Below are positions 63,476-64,000 of a DNA stretch of 64,000 nt, piece after piece; within the stretch, counting starts at the first letter, position 1; each line of letters starts with the position of its first letter. The notes under the pieces were generated by a model that was given only the letters and a program-made list of their open reading frames with translations, was not told the DNA's origin and ran no database searches. The DNA lies in the NCBI GenBank assembly GCA_029260965.1, contig JAJDCG010000001.1:89221-153220 (forward strand), given 5' to 3'. The stretch is from Candidatus Levyibacteriota bacterium (GTDB taxonomy: Bacteria > Patescibacteriota > Microgenomatia > Levybacterales > UBA12049). Position numbers and translations under genes: made by a program.

Positions 63476-64000
63476 ATGTTTTTACTTACTTTATTCTCTT
63501 TCTTAGGAGGATTTGTAACAATTCTTTCTCCCTGTATTTTGCCTATTTTACCAATAGTTCTTTCAGGAAGTGTTGGTGGTGGAAAAAGAAAACCTCTTGG
63601 AATTGTGACAGGATTTATTCTGAGCTTCACCTTCTTCACACTTTTTTTGTCCGCAATTGTTAGAGCAACTGGACTTTCAGCTGATGCGCTGCGAACAGTG
63701 TCTGTTGTTATCCTAATATTATTTGGTGTAAGTCTTCTATTGCCACAATTTCAGTTGTTGATGGAGAAGCTTTTTAATAAATTATCAAACAAATTTGCAA
63801 CACCCAAAATAGGTAAGGATGGCTTGTCTACCGATAGGCAGGGTTTTATTGGGGGGACATTAATAGGGTTCAGTATTGGGCTTATTTGGACTCCGTGTGT
63901 AGGGCCAATTCTTGCATCAATTATCACACTTGCCGCGACAAGCACTGTGGGATTTAGTGCAGTTATTATTACTCTTTCCTATGCGCTAGGTACAGCAATA
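63476..64000 (+). CDS. CcdA/DsbD-family thiol:disulfide transporter (partial, runs off window end)
   Basis: SPCILPILPIVL and TPCVGPILASII are the two conserved TM cysteines. No stop is seen before 64000. Confidence 0.7.
   Translation, partial: MFLLTLFSFLGGFVTILSPCILPILPIVLSGSVGGGKRKPLGIVTGFILSFTFFTLFLSAIVRATGLSADALRTVSVVILILFGVSLLLPQFQLLMEKLFNKLSNKFATPKIGKDGLSTDRQGFIGGTLIGFSIGLIWTPCVGPILASIITLAATSTVGFSAVIITLSYALGTAI

Noticed and set aside
1-64000. CRISPR arrays, rRNA genes, integrase/transposase genes
   Set aside because: No spaced direct-repeat arrays, no rRNA-like conserved stretches, and no R..HxxR..Y tyrosine-recombinase or DDE transposase ORFs were seen on either strand.

Overview
This is an AT-rich bacterial chromosomal segment, judged by eye and by codon usage. 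Its gene content looks like a small-genome, Patescibacteria/CPR-like organism: a DUF4012 protein, a DUF368 transporter, a small valS, and L25 with an acidic tail. Several genes have no Shine-Dalgarno sequence, and there are many hypothetical membrane or secreted proteins. The housekeeping backbone comprises pgk, valS, rplY(ctc), ruvC-ruvA-ruvB, tatA-tatC, comM/yifB, an ECF sigma/anti-sigma pair, a P2-type cation ATPase, glmS with YvcK, HAD and LbH acetyltransferase neighbours, dnaG-rpoD, trpS, uppP and msrA. Accessory or unusual content falls into nine groups. (1) A GC-richer parallel beta-helix, tail-fibre-like gene is translationally coupled to a small Tat-like peptide after tatAC, and is followed by a decayed partial paralogue whose first 47 nt are identical. 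(2) A tRNA-Asn is followed by a tRNA-like pseudogene carrying a 20-nt perfect palindrome. Downstream lies a patch containing an overlapping two-gene module whose first protein has a TOPRIM-like E...DxD signature, and ~90-nt degenerate direct repeats, one of which is a pseudogene fragment. (3) There are two bacterial SET-domain proteins, one of them operonic with a GC-richer unknown protein. (4) A minus-strand operon reads DUF3179 - membrane thioredoxin - DCCVFC zinc-ribbon - UBP-type zinc finger, sits next to an XRE regulator, and is followed by a second Trx-CcdA pair. (5) A CcdA - stand-alone ATP-cone - pyridine nucleotide-disulfide oxidoreductase cluster. (6) An AbrB-Doc toxin-antitoxin pair, a frameshifted HD-domain gene and a cluster of four VOC/PhnB-like genes. 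(7) A dispersed ~35-nt intergenic repeat sits immediately upstream of the start codons of ruvA, the ruvA-ruvB-inserted four-helix-bundle gene, ruvB and the P-type ATPase. (8) A ~200-nt putative structured leader, with promoter, tandem hairpins and an intrinsic terminator, precedes a GC-rich orphan gene. (9) Several GC-richer orphan genes are present, one of them inserted between dnaG and rpoD. No CRISPR array, rRNA or recognisable integrase/transposase gene was seen.
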